Counted from the stretch's first letter, positions 12,960 through 26,540 are shown. The stretch is 64,000 bases of DNA from Octopus vulgaris (GCA_951406725.2 OX597822.1:115568001-115632000), one strand, 5' to 3'. Numbers and translations are program-made. The notes: a model not told the origin generated them from the sequence alone.

Positions 12960-13009
12960 CCAGAAGACCAGCCTGGTTTCGGACTATTTCTGCCTCTCTT
13001 CAGTACTGG
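12960..13009 (-). ncRNA. Type I hammerhead ribozyme
   Basis: CCAGTA-CTGAAGA-GAGGC agaaata GTCC-GAAA-CCAG g CTGG-TC-TTCTGG; full core, GUC site, one mismatch in stem I. Confidence 0.75.
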
Positions 13010-13206
13010 AAATCTCGTCTGCTAGAGATGGCAGTAGCTCGCTTCCACTGACTTGAAGTGGCTATGAACATTACTTGTTAGTACAACTACTACGTTCATC
13101 TCTTAGAAAGTTTTTGTACTAGCACTTTTACTTGTTGCAAAATCGCTTGAAATTATATATATTGCGAGTAGAAGCGAGCTACTGCCATCTCTAGCAGACG
13201 AGATGT

Positions 13207-13256
13207 CCAAAACTGAAGAGAGGCAGAAATAGCCCGAAACTAGGTTGGTCTGCTGG
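13207..13256 (+). ncRNA. Type I hammerhead ribozyme (diverged partner copy)
   Basis: CCAAAA-CTGAAGA-GAGGC agaaata GCCC-GAAA-CTAG g TTGG-TC-TGCTGG; core intact, stem I weakened. Confidence 0.65.
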
Positions 13257-13487
13257 TTCCGTCGCTAGAAGGTGGTAGGAGTTTGCTCCCCTGCTCACAA
13301 TACATCGGATGTAGCTGTGCATCGTTAACCAGTTAGAGGAGATGTCCACTTGGGGTTAAAAAATCGCAGTAAAGTCTGTTCGAACGGACAACCATGTTGA
13401 AGTGGCTACGAACATTATCTCCTAGTGCAACTACTACGTTGATCTGTTAGAGAGATTTTAGAATTATAGCTAGCATTTTTGCTTGTT

Positions 13488-13530
<43 letters not shown>

Positions 13531-13531
13531 T

Positions 13532-13615
<84 letters not shown>

Positions 13616-14535
13616 GTGCATATGTGTGTATGACTATATTAACAAATACAGACGTGCATATACACTATGATTAATTATTGTATTGACCCTTCTCACTCCA
13701 CCCGAGAATGTAAGTTGAAATCGCTTCCGGTGGGATTTCAACAGATAAGTAATAAAGATTAATGAAGGACGAAAGATGACTTATTTTATGAAAGAGGACA
13801 TTAATTCTTTTTTTTTCCCCTTTTATTATTTTTTTTTCTTTCATTGTTTTTTTTTCTCCTTTCATTGTTCTTTTCCTCTCATTTCTACAACAGAATCCTG
13901 TACTAAGTTTGCCTACAAGGAACACAACAACATCACAGCAATATTCGACCAAATCGTTAATAACAATAGTCTTCTTTTTTTTTTTTTCTTTGACATAAGC
14001 ACAAGGCTAATCATGTCAAACGTATTTAACTGCTACAACCAAAAAGCATTTCTTTGTGTCCTGTTTACCTTCTTTTTAGAATAAGTGTATATTAAAGCAA
14101 GCGACCTGTTCCTTGAGTACTTCAATTTTAAGCTTTCTAATATCCTTTAAATTCACGTACGCTGAATGTTTTAAAGCGGAAAGACGAGTTTATAACATAC
14201 TAATCCAAATTAGTCTGTTTTGCACTTAACAAAATATTCCAGGAAGAGTGAACGAATGTCCACTTTTCTTGGAAATCTTTCTTTTCGTGAATGAAGTCAT
14301 GAGATGTGATATCAGAAATTACAAGTTTTAAAAAAACAAATACTTATGGACGTAATGTTCGAATTCTGTTTATGTTACAACAAATTGCTACAATAATTCA
14401 GTGAATGTAACTTCATGTGTGTATCGCATAATGTAGCTTTGTGCACTTACATTTTGCGCAATTTTCTGAAACGTACGTATTAAATGCATTCAAAGTATCA
14501 TTACTTTATTTGAGATAGATAGATAGATATATAGG

Positions 14536-14571
<36 letters not shown>

Positions 14572-14629
14572 CAGATAGATAGACAGATAGATAGACATAC
14601 GTGCGTGTGTATATATATATATATATATA

Positions 14630-15082
14630 AAAACTTAGATAAAACTTAGATATGTTTCGACCAGAGATTGGTCCAGGCCATGTCTAACTTAATAGCACCA
14701 CCTGATAGGATTATTCGAATCCTGTTTAAGTCAAGTTTTGTTCAAGTAGTGAGTTCTTGTTGGGTGAGTTGTATCCAGTTTTGTTCAAGTAGTGAGTTCT
14801 TGTTGGGTGAGTTGTATCCAATTATGGGTGGCTTGTCTGGTATTCTTTGAAGGAATCTATCCAGACTCTGTTTGAAGTTGATGGGATCCTTTTCCTCTTT
14901 GATCTCCCTCGGGACAATGTTAAATAGGGCAGGGCCTGTTGAGGAAAAGAAATTATGTTGCAGTGTACATGTATGTTGTGATCTTGAATTTGGCAGGGGA
15001 CGTATAGCCCGTGGTCCAAGTCTCGGATGAACCTTGAAGCTAATGTTTAGGTCGTTTGGGCAAAGTTGGCGGTATATTTTCC

Positions 15083-15090
<8 letters not shown>
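14630..15090 (-). mobile_element. CR1-like LINE 3' end
   Basis: MWKIY..NFFSSTGPALFNIVP..FKQSLDRFLQRIPDKP; tail repeat (TCTAAGTTTTA)2; internal 43-bp tandem duplication at 14734-14820. Confidence 0.75.
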
Positions 15091-15138
<48 letters not shown>

Positions 15139-15139
<1 letters not shown>

Positions 15140-15522
15140 GGCGCTGGCATGGCTGTGTGATAAGAAGCTTGCTTCCGAACCACATGATTCCGGGTTCAGT
15201 CTTACTGTGTGGCACCTTGGGCAAGTGTCTTTGACTGTACCCTCGGGCCGACCAAAGCCTTGTGTGGATTTGGTACACGAAAACTTAAAGAAGCCCGTCG
15301 TGTGTGTATGTGTGTGTGTGCTTTTGTTTATCCTCCACCACCGCTTGGCAACCGGTGTTTGTGTATTTACGTCCCCGCAACATAGTGGTTCGTCAAAAGA
15401 CATCGATAGAAGTACCAGGTTTAAGAAAGTACTGGGGTCGATTCATTCGACTGAAGCACAAAAAATTCTTCAATGCGGTGCCTCAGCATGGCCGCAGTCT
15501 AATGAGTGAAGTAAGTAAAAAG
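15139..15522 (+). mobile_element. SINE family A
   Basis: Head, internal (GT)n and 3' end all present. Confidence 0.85.
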
Positions 15523-15547
15523 ATGTTAAAATATTTACATAGATATA

Positions 15548-15758
15548 AGGCGGCGAGCTGGCAGAAACGTTCGCACGCCGGGCGAAATGCTTAGCAGTAT
15601 TTCGTCTGCCGCTACGTTCTGAGTTCAAATTCCGCTGAGGTCGACTTTGCCGTTCATCTTTCGGGGTCGATAAATTAAGTACCAGTTGCGTACTGGGGTC
15701 AATCTAATCGACTGGCTCCCTCCCCCAAAATTTCGGGCCTTGTGCCTAGATTAGAAAT
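15548..15758 (+). mobile_element. SINE family B with ~17-bp TSD
   Basis: AATATTTACA(T/A)AGATAT on both sides. Confidence 0.85.
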
Positions 15759-16062
15759 AATATTTACAAAGATATGCATATATTTTTAGGATACACATAT
15801 ATAATGTACGTGCGGTCGCTCGCAGGTATATGTGGAGTGTGTGAGCGTATATTTCGATATGCATGTATATATATATATATATATATAATAAATATTAGGG
15901 AATAAATCCAAATTTACAGGGAAAAAATCAGATTTAGGATTAAATCCAATTTTATAGTAAAATATTATATAATATTATTAGAGACAAAACCACTATTTTG
16001 CAAAACAAACAAGGAAAGACTTAATCAATACATAAAATTTTAATAAAAAGTCAAAAAAACCA

Positions 16063-16105
16063 CCACTACAATTGTTTCTTGTCTTGATCGACAATCTTCA
16101 GGTGG
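16063..16105 (-). ncRNA. Minimal type I hammerhead ribozyme
   Basis: Exact reverse complement of 16153-16195. Confidence 0.88.
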
Positions 16106-16152
16106 ACTTCCAATAAGTCAGTTTCAAATTATGAAACTGACTTATTGGAAGT

Positions 16153-16195
16153 CCACCTGAAGATTGTCGATCAAGACAAGAAACAATTGTAGTGG
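16153..16195 (+). ncRNA. Minimal type I hammerhead ribozyme
   Basis: CCAC-CTGAAGA-TTGTC gatcaa GACAA-GAAA-CAATTG-TA-GTGG: stem I CCAC/GTGG, 5-bp stem II, palindromic stem III ACAATTGT, GUA cleavage triplet. Confidence 0.9.
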
Positions 16196-16280
16196 TGGTT
16201 TTTTTGACTTTTTATTAAAATTTTATGTATTGATTAAGTCTTTCCTTGTTTGTTTTGCAAAATAGTGGTTTTGTCTCTAA

Positions 16281-16326
<46 letters not shown>

Positions 16327-16328
16327 AA

Positions 16329-17400
16329 CAGTGGTTGGACAAAATAATTGGAACACGTGTTAAATTCAATGAATATGTATTTAATATGGAGTTGGTCGGT
16401 CCTCCTTCAGCTCTCTGAACAGCTTCGATGCTTGTTGGAATTGATTCATACAGCTTCCTGACTTCATTGAGAGGAATCTTGAGCCATTCTTCCTGGAAAA
16501 CCTGCTCCAGGTGGTGAAGGTTAATGACTTCTAACTAGTCGCTCCAAGATGCACTACAGATGCTCAATAATATTAAGATTTGGAGATTGAGGGGGGGGGG
16601 CACTCCATGTATTGTAGCTCACTACAATGCTCTTTATACCGATTCTTAACCACATGGGAGGTGTGTATTGGAATATTGTCATCTTGGAAGCTGCACTCAC
16701 CATCAGGGAATAATGTCTGGATCATGGCAAGGGCTTGATTTCCCAAAATATTCAGATAATCATTGCAACGATTGAACCAAGATAATTCCAAGAAATGGCT
16801 GCCCAAACAATCACAGACGTAATGTTCGAATTCTGTTTATGTTACAACAAATTGCTACAATAATAATTCAGTGTAGGAAGAAGGCAATCAGGATTAAAAG
16901 CTTCCCCGGGCTGCTTCCACCCATAAACTGGCCCCGCAGCGGAGAAAGGAGAAAAAACTGGACATCTCGGAGAATATTACTGGCCGCCATTGGCCCGTCG
17001 ACCAGCCCTTGTGATCTCTACACCAGTTCAGCCACATCTGAATGTTCTGATGAGAAGGCAGAGGTTTCCTGATGGCGGATCTTCCATGATATCCGGCTTT
17101 ATTGAGCTCACGGCGAACAGTTTGGTTCGAAACTGGGCCAGTCAGATCTTGTTTCAGCTCTACAGTCACTTTAGGGACAGTTGTTCGGTGATTTTTCATC
17201 ACAATGTCATTCAACACTCGTCGGTGTCTTTCAGTGAGCTTCGAAGTCCTGCCGGACTTACTCCTCTTGTTGCAAGTTTTGCCCTACTTCTTAAATCCAG
17301 TCATGATCCTTGATATGGTAACTCTAAAAAAAACTGACAGCACCGAGAAGCTCCCTTTTGCACCAGTCGGTGGTGTGTCTAACACGACCCATCATCTGAA
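16329..17400 (-). mobile_element. Tc1-like transposon, degenerate, 5' end lost
   Basis: VSNQTVRRELNKAGYHGRSAIRKP, WRPVIFSE, SVIVWAAISW, FQDDNIPIH; TIR-like CAGTGGTTGGACAAAATAATTGGAACAC at 16329. Confidence 0.88.
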
Positions 17401-18243
17401 ATGTTGACACCTCCTTCGGGTTTGTTGTCCTACATCACTCATAAAGTAAATTTGGAGGAACAATGGTTGTTCGTTTGTGGGTAACAGGAAACCAATGAGG
17501 TGATAGACTTGTCCTTTAATGTCATTATAAATTCATGTTTATCTATCTTCTTAGATGCACCAAACGATGTTATTTGCGGAGTTGTATTGTTTGATACTGT
17601 TCATAAAATCCTTTGACTGCATGGAAATGCCTTCTAGAAGACCCATAAGAGTTTGAAAAGGAGCTGGTAGTGCTGGCAATGTTACCTGACCGCCTGAGCA
17701 GCACATACCATTTGCTTCATTTGAAAATTTTAAAGCTCTACAGAAAATACAATTTGTGTTTAGCACACCGATTTGGACAGAGTTATCATTTTCATAAGAA
17801 TGGGATGGATCATATCTGAAAACAGTTTCAGGAATTGTGAAGAACGAATTTGTACGTAGTCTGCTTCTGAGAGCTATTCTATTGGACCTCTGTCTAATCA
17901 TTAAAACATTGATTTAATGCTGCAACATGCATTTGCTGATGTTGAGAAAATCTCATCTAGCTTCTCTCTTCAGACTCTCACCTTCGGTTTTCTACAATCC
18001 GCCTTGCTTTATACTTGTTTCTAGAGAGATTACGTCTTTTCTTTGGTGGCATATTTTTCCCAATATTGTAAACAAAAATTTATGAAGATAGAAAGAAATT
18101 ATACATTAATCCCCATTTTTGTATCCGTAAAATTTTATTTCAAGAGAACAGAAATTGAAAGAAGATAAACTGAAAAGACCAGAGAAAGAAAGTGAAAGAT
18201 GTATGTACGTCTATATGAAATGGACGTATGTATGTGTGTATGT

Positions 18244-18326
<83 letters not shown>

Positions 18327-19050
18327 CGTGTTTGCATGTGTCTGTGTGAGAAAGAAAGAGGGTGTGAAAGAGAGATAGAGTGAATGAAGGTGTGTGTCGT
18401 GATGATTGACGTCTTTTAAAATTTTTACAGTAGTTGATTTATGGAAAATATTATGAAATGCAAATATGTGAATGAAAATTAAGTTTAATTTGTAGCCAAA
18501 ATAGTACTGAATCTTTTGATACCCCACACATCAAAATCTGTAACTCGGTTTTGGAAAGCATAAGGAATATATAATATATATAGTACAGTATGTCTCATAA
18601 TACAGACGTAAGACCTGGTAGAAATAGCAGCCAAATCTCCCTCAAAACACCCTACAGTCTTAATCCGACAATTCTGCCTATTATGTAGTTTTAATGAGAA
18701 ACTGTAACTAAAGATTAAGATTATTAACCCCATAGACAGAGGAAAGAAGAGAGACAGCACAGCGACGTTTTTTGGCTGTCTGTCATCCTGTACTCCCCTT
18801 GTTGCTAGCGGAATGGTATAGGTCGGCTGTCTGAGCAACTGGTTGTTTCATTGGCGAAACAAACAGGACATTAAAGATTACAAAAATAGCGATTCTCACT
18901 TTGAAACTAAAGATTTTGAAAATCTTTTTAGATTTCGGAACGCCCAGCTCTCTCATGTAACCATGTTTAAAATTTCAAGGCGATCGGATTAACAATACTC
19001 GAGTTATAAGCGCACAAACAGACAGACGGAACAGATTTGATATATATATA
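17401..19050 (-). mobile_element. Helitron 5' portion (pseudogenised Rep-helicase N-terminus at 17401-18052)
   Basis: MPPKKRR start at 18052; FRYDP..CIFCRALKFSNEANGMCCSGGQVTLP..IKQYNS; TSFG..IKGQVYHLIG..FLQIYF; terminus with (TCTG)n near 19015-19050. Confidence 0.85.
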
Positions 19051-19071
19051 TGAAGTGCATATATATACATA

Positions 19072-19497
19072 CTCTTTTTAGTCTTTTTACTTGTTTCAGT
19101 CATTTGATTGTGGCCATGCTGGAGCACAGCCTTTAGTCGAGTAAATCGACCCAAGGACTTGTTCTTTGTAAGCCTAGTACTTATTCTATCGGTTGCTTCG
19201 CTGAACCGCTAAGTTACTGGGACGTAAACACACCACCATCGTTTGTCAAGAGATGTTGTCGGAGAGGGGGAGGGGCAAACACAGACACACAAACATATAC
19301 ACACACACACACATATATATAAATATATACATATATACAACGGGCTTCTTTCAGTTTCTGTCTACCAAATCCACTCACAAGGCTTTGGTCGGCCCGAGGT
19401 TATAGTAGAAGATACTTGCCCAAGGTGCTACGCAGTGGGACCGAACCCGGAGCCATGTGGTTGGTAAGCAAGCTACTAACCACACAGCCACCCCTGC
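19072..19497 (-). mobile_element. SINE family A
   Basis: Full-length reverse complement of 19720-20115. Confidence 0.9.
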
Positions 19498-19719
19498 ACA
19501 CACACACACACACACAAACATACACACACATATATATATATATTGTGTGCGTGTGTGTGAGGTCGATTATGTCTTTCATTCTGCCGGGGTCGATAAAATA
19601 AGTCTCAGTTGAAGACCGGGGTCGATGTAATCAACTCATCCTCTTCCCCAAATTAGTGCCCTTCTGGCAAAATTTGAAACTATTATTAAAGCTGCAAAAA
19701 ACATCACAAAAAATATCAT

Positions 19720-19891
19720 AGGCGCAGGAGTGGCTGTGTGGTAAGTAGCTTGCTTACCAACCACATGGTTCCGGGTTCAGTCCCACTGCGTGGCATCTTG
19801 GGCAAGTGTCTTCTGCTATAGCCCCGGGCCGACCAATGCCTTGTGAGTGGATTTGGTAGACGGAAACTGAAAGAAGCCTGTCGTATATATG

Positions 19892-19932
<41 letters not shown>

Positions 19933-20115
19933 TTGTGTGTCTGTGTTTGTCCCCCTAGCATGGCTTGACAACCGATGCTGGTGTGTTTACGTCCCCGTCA
20001 CTTAGCGGTTCGGCAAAAGAGACCGATAGAATAAGTACTGGGCTTACAAAGAATAAAACCGGTGCTCCAGCATGGCCGCAGTCAAATGACTGAAACAAGT
20101 AAAAGAGTAAAAGAG
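19720..20115 (+). mobile_element. SINE family A (reference-like copy)
   Basis: GGCGCAGGAGTGGCTGTGTGG (box A), GGTTCAGTCCC (box B), internal (TA)(TG), tail AAACAAGTAAAAGAG. Confidence 0.9.
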
Positions 20116-20215
20116 TATGATGTTTTTGCAGCCATAGCACTAAAGCATATCACTCTACCACCGGTATTCGAGTACTATTTTTACCCGCCTTCATTCATAT
20201 TTATGTGCTTACTCT

Positions 20216-21889
<1,674 letters not shown>

Positions 21890-22152
21890 CCTCAGTAACT
21901 GCGCACTCCCTTCGTTCTGCTCCCCTCCGCCGACAGCTAGTTTTCATGACCGACAATTATATACAATAGTAAGGTTTTGTTTACTTCTTAAATGTCACGA
22001 AACCTCCACACTTTACGTAACCTGTCCCTGAAATGTCCCTTCATCCGTCACCCTCCAACCAATCATAATGAGCCGATTATTCGGTATTATTATATCCGTT
22101 TCCTTTTTCGTTCTTGCTCATCTCTTTCTCCCTAATCTTTCTCCCCTATCCT

Positions 22153-22194
<42 letters not shown>

Positions 22195-22371
22195 TCTTTC
22201 TATCTATCCATTTATCTGTCCCTTTCCCGCAGCTTTCTATTTCTATGTCATTCTACGAAACACTTTCTTAGGCATTGTATCCAATTCATGCGAAGTATAC
22301 ATGTAAGAGAGATGCTCTAAACACTTGAATCAATCTATCTATCCATCTACCTATCTATCTTTCTCCCCTAT

Positions 22372-22431
<60 letters not shown>

Positions 22432-22532
22432 ATCCTTCTCTTGATCTATTTATCTACCTCTCTGCAGTTGTCTGCTGTCTTTTTATCTGTCCATATACGA
22501 ACGAACCAAGCGGTTTTTTTTTTTGGTTTTTT

Positions 22533-22618
22533 TTAGGCTCTGATGAAGACTTAAGGTGTTACCAAAGCACTCAACTATGAGTCCACCACATTTCATAGCG
22601 GAAACAGCTGTAACCTAA
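22533..22618 (+). ncRNA. Hammerhead-like motif with extended stem II (probably decayed)
   Basis: TTAGGcT-CTGATGA-(54 nt with internal hairpins)-GAAA-CAGCTG-TA-ACCTAA; stem II closing pair not evident. Confidence 0.55.
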
Positions 22619-22664
22619 TGAAGTTCATAAGATAATCGTTTATTTCTTGCTCATCTCTTTTCTT

Positions 22665-22945
22665 GGAACCCTTCCCTTTGAACGGCAGATCGAGAAATTA
22701 ATTTTTTGTAACTAAACACTTTCAAACTTCGGACACTGGTCGAATATGTCATATAAAACATTTTTTACTCTTAGTTTTGTTGAGAAAAGTTTATATCTCA
22801 AAGTTATTTCGTGTTAAAGTTGTCGTATTTCGGTAATTTCAACCAATCAATGACGTGTATTCAGCTGAATAAAATTACTGCCGTTGTTCGTCAACAAGAA
22901 CTATCGGCGGATTGTGACAAACAAAATATACACCACCGGAAGTTG
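22665..22945 (+). mobile_element. Partial MITE related to 32938-33351
   Basis: Shares TTTGAACGGCAG, GTAACTAAACACTTT and ATTTCAACCAATCAATGACGT. Confidence 0.6.
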
Positions 22946-22951
22946 TTAGAG

Positions 22952-23450
22952 TCTTTGAAAAGAGAAAAGATAGAAGAGAGAGGTAGGAGATGTCCAGTCC
23001 TTAGAACGTCTTTTCTTTTCCTGCACGGACGTTAAAAGGACTGGACGTCTGCTATCTCTCTCTTCTATCTTTTCTCTTTTCAAAGAAAATAGTTCTCTCA
23101 ACGTTCACTATTTTTTCCACGTTCTGGTCTAACGATCCTCCATGTTTGTTTTCGTTCGGTTTCCTTGTACGTCTCCGCTGTCCTGTTTTTGTTCCCAAAT
23201 TTGGCCCTCTATAAATCGAAAATCTATTTTGGTATTCATGGGAGCAACTGTCTTTGAAGACTCATGTTGTCTTTGATTTCTCGAAATGGGGAGCTGATAG
23301 ACAGCCGACAACTGATGAAGGGTCGTTCTTTCTATTTTTTGTATTACTCGTCTTGTTTTTCATTTTTTCTCTCGTTGTTTGCGTATTTAACTCATTTGTT
23401 TTCGTATTTCATGTAGTTTACTGTTGGTGACGTCCTGTACCCATATATGC
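22952..23450 (+). mobile_element. Unclassified repeat with inverted 5' end (hairpin 22952-23086), related to 42730-43220 (minus)
   Basis: ~50-bp inverted arms; shared GACA(A/G)CTGATGA.GG and GTCCTGTAC motifs; ends in (TA)n. Confidence 0.55.
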
Positions 23451-23507
23451 ATATATATATATATATATATATATATTATTTATATTGTATATATATATAA
23501 ATAAGGC

Positions 23508-23546
<39 letters not shown>

Positions 23547-23595
23547 CATGTGTGTGTGTGTATACTGGTATATATATATATATATATGTATGTCA

Positions 23596-23627
<32 letters not shown>

Positions 23628-24820
23628 TTATACATATATATATATATATAGATAGATAAATATACACGCATGTGAGTATGTGTATATATATATATATGTG
23701 AATTAATGTGTGTATGTGTCCCATGACTGTTTATTCACAAATTATTTCGCTTTGTAAGAGTAATTTAAACAATATTTCTGCTGTTCTAAGGGTATCTCCG
23801 CATCCGAAAATATATTATCATTTTATTTGTATCTTACAATATTTATATATATTTATATATATGTGTGCATGTATGTATGTAGATGCATACATGTCTGTGT
23901 GTGGGTGTGGGTGTATATATGATATATATACTTACACATATATATACATACATATATACCTATATGTTTGTTTATGTATGTGTGCATGTTTGTGTGTCTT
24001 TGTATGTGTGTGCGTAGTGTGTGTGTACGCGCGCTCTCGTGTGTGTGTGTGCATGGTGAGTGCGTGTACGTGTATAAATGAAGGATGTATGTGGCTGTGG
24101 TCTGTATAATGAAACACTTTGCAACAATCTGTCAAATAGTTTCACCATCGCATGACTCAGTCAGACTCTGTGGTAAATTATGCCCTTATATGACTGAAAT
24201 GTTTATTACGTCACATTGACGTCATCACCCACCTCCAAGTTTCTATCTAACGTATCAATCATGGCTAAATCTTATGGCACGTTTGCCTCCATATTTTGCT
24301 AAATACGACCCTTGTCTTGATTTTACTTCCAATGAATAATCTTACAGAATAGTCACAACTGCAATTTTATTTATCATTAGTATTTCATTGTTTCCTTTAT
24401 GCCTCTCAAACCTAGCCTGAAATTATATTATTGCGAACCTATTCGGAGTTTCTATCATGCGAGTATATTTCACAGATTTCTATTGTTCTTAACGCGGTTA
24501 TATATGAATGAACAGAATGAATTTTATTGTAGTGCTATTTACTTACAAGTTATTAATCGTCGTTATGCTATTGTTTCCTATAAATTAGTTGAATCAAGCT
24601 ACGGGAATAATTCTCTGTTACGTTTGTGCTTGTGCAGTTATGAGATACACACAGCAGTTGGTAAACCTATCTAAAAACTATAAACTGCTTTGTTGTTTGA
24701 CTTTATTACACGCCCCATTAACACAACATTAAACAACAAAGAAATATCAAAATGCATTCATGTTTCTCTTTGCTACTCTTGTTGTTGTTGTTGTTGTTGT
24801 TGTTGTTTTTGTTGTTGTTG

Positions 24821-24861
<41 letters not shown>

Positions 24862-24876
24862 GTTATTATTATTATT

Positions 24877-25100
24877 AAGGCGGCGAGGTGCCAGAATCGT
24901 TAGCACGCCAGATGAAATGTTTAGCAGTATTTCGTCTGCCGCTACGCTCCGAGTTCAAATTCCGTCGAGGTCGACTTTGCTTTTCATCCTTTCGGGGTTG
25001 ATAAATTAAGTACTAATTTAATCGACTAGTAAGTACCAATGTAATTGACTAGTCCACTCTCCCCAAATTCCAAGTCTTGTGCCTATACTAGAAAGGAATA
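24877..25100 (+). mobile_element. SINE family B in (TAT)n
   Basis: AAGGCGGCGAG head and family body. Confidence 0.85.
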
Positions 25101-25139
25101 TTATTATCACTATTATTATCATTATTATTATTATTATTT

Positions 25140-26050
25140 GCTAGTCTCCGACTCCACCACACCCCACAGTTTGTGCTACTACCACGTCTTGCCTCTCCTC
25201 AAGCACCCATTTTGCGCGCAGTTTCCAATGTAGTGGTTTTGGGCAAGTCTAAGGCATTCGCTCGTGATATGGGCAATGTTTTCATCCATTCTACTGCATT
25301 GGCGACACAGCGGAGACACTTGCACATTCCTCACTTTCACCCTCCAGTATAGTGCTGCTTTCGCTCTCTTTTTGTAATGTTCCTTTCATCAGCCAATCCC
25401 CCCACCTCTGTTTTCCAGCAACTTCTATTGTATCCACATGGAATTGATTGTGTTGTCCCTTCTAGCGTAATTCTTCTTCATGTTTATTATTATTATTAGT
25501 TGTAGTATTAGTATTATTATTTTGATCTATCTTAGGTTCGGTCTTATTCCTTGTAGGGATTATGTGGACAGTGGGTTACTACCTGTAATCTTAGGTATCC
25601 ACAAGTTTTCCGCAGTGTTTCAGGTGCTAGAACTCTCCTGATAATTCTTGCTCTCCCTAAGAGACAAACTTTCTGTAGGAGCTCTACCGTGTACACTATT
25701 TTTAATCTCTTTCAGTCATTTGTCTATATCTTGGCTAACTGTTCCCAACGCACCAATTATTATGGGCATGCTCCAACTTCTTCCTATTTCAAATTTCAAG
25801 GGGTTGTATTTTTCTTCCTCTTTCTTTACGATTCTGTAATCAAACGGGTGAGAGGTCGATAAGTATGAGGGGTCGATAAACGGTTATGAGAGGTCGATAA
25901 GTAAGCAGCTTCGCTTTTCTTTATAACCATTCAGTCTGCTCTGTTGCTTTCTAATTTCTTGTCCGTTTGAATAGGAAAGACCCACAAAATCTTACATTTC
26001 TCCGATTCCACTAGTTTTTTGACTTGATGATTGTACCACGTGGTTCCAGC
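25140..26050 (-). mobile_element. R4/Dong-like LINE fragments, degenerate
   Basis: Minus KYNPLKFEIGRSW..PIIIGALGTVS, similar to the 58437-58793 protein. Confidence 0.6.
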
Positions 26051-26486
26051 TTTAAATCCCCACCGATGGTTCTGCCACCTCAACACCAAAATTCTCAGGA
26101 GTTAAAATGTTAAATACAAAGATATGAAACAATGGATTGAACGAGACTAGTACTAAAAAAAGTGTACACGAGAGTAGGTGTGAACTCTCGGAGCCTTGGC
26201 TAGCAACCCACCTAATGATGGTGTCACGATAAAAATACTGGTGATTGCACAACCTAACAAATGCTACCTCTAAATGAGCGATGTCGAAATTAAATAATAA
26301 CCACAACTGCGCTAACGAGACTAGAACAGTTAACAGTGAAGGTGTCGCGCATGGTAGGCAGGAAATATCTGATCAAGCTCCGGTAGGTCGTCATCAAGCT
26401 CTTGATCAGGACGAAAATCGCAGGCAAATGTGCGAAAGAAAAAATATTATTGTTGTTGTTGTCGTTTTTGTTGTTGTTGTTATTTT

Positions 26487-26518
<32 letters not shown>

Positions 26519-26540
26519 ATTATTATTATTATTAATATCA

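Larger units (their letters stand above)
12800..13490 (+). mobile_element. Non-coding PLE-type unit: 250-bp inverted repeats, duplicated tail, two hammerheads
   Basis: Arms 12800-13049 and 13167-13416; 13053-13140 is a direct repeat of 13397-13490; flanked by TA/CA microsatellites. Confidence 0.8.
15892..16292 (-). mobile_element. PLE-type palindromic unit (161-bp perfect arms plus ~75-bp one-sided tail) in (TA)n
   Basis: Arms 15966-16126 and 16132-16292 around spacer AATTA; no mismatch seen. Confidence 0.88.

Noticed and set aside
26060-26445. Possible 5' end of a Dong-like element (GRHQA..RRQM motif)
   Set aside because: Resemblance only; too short to support.
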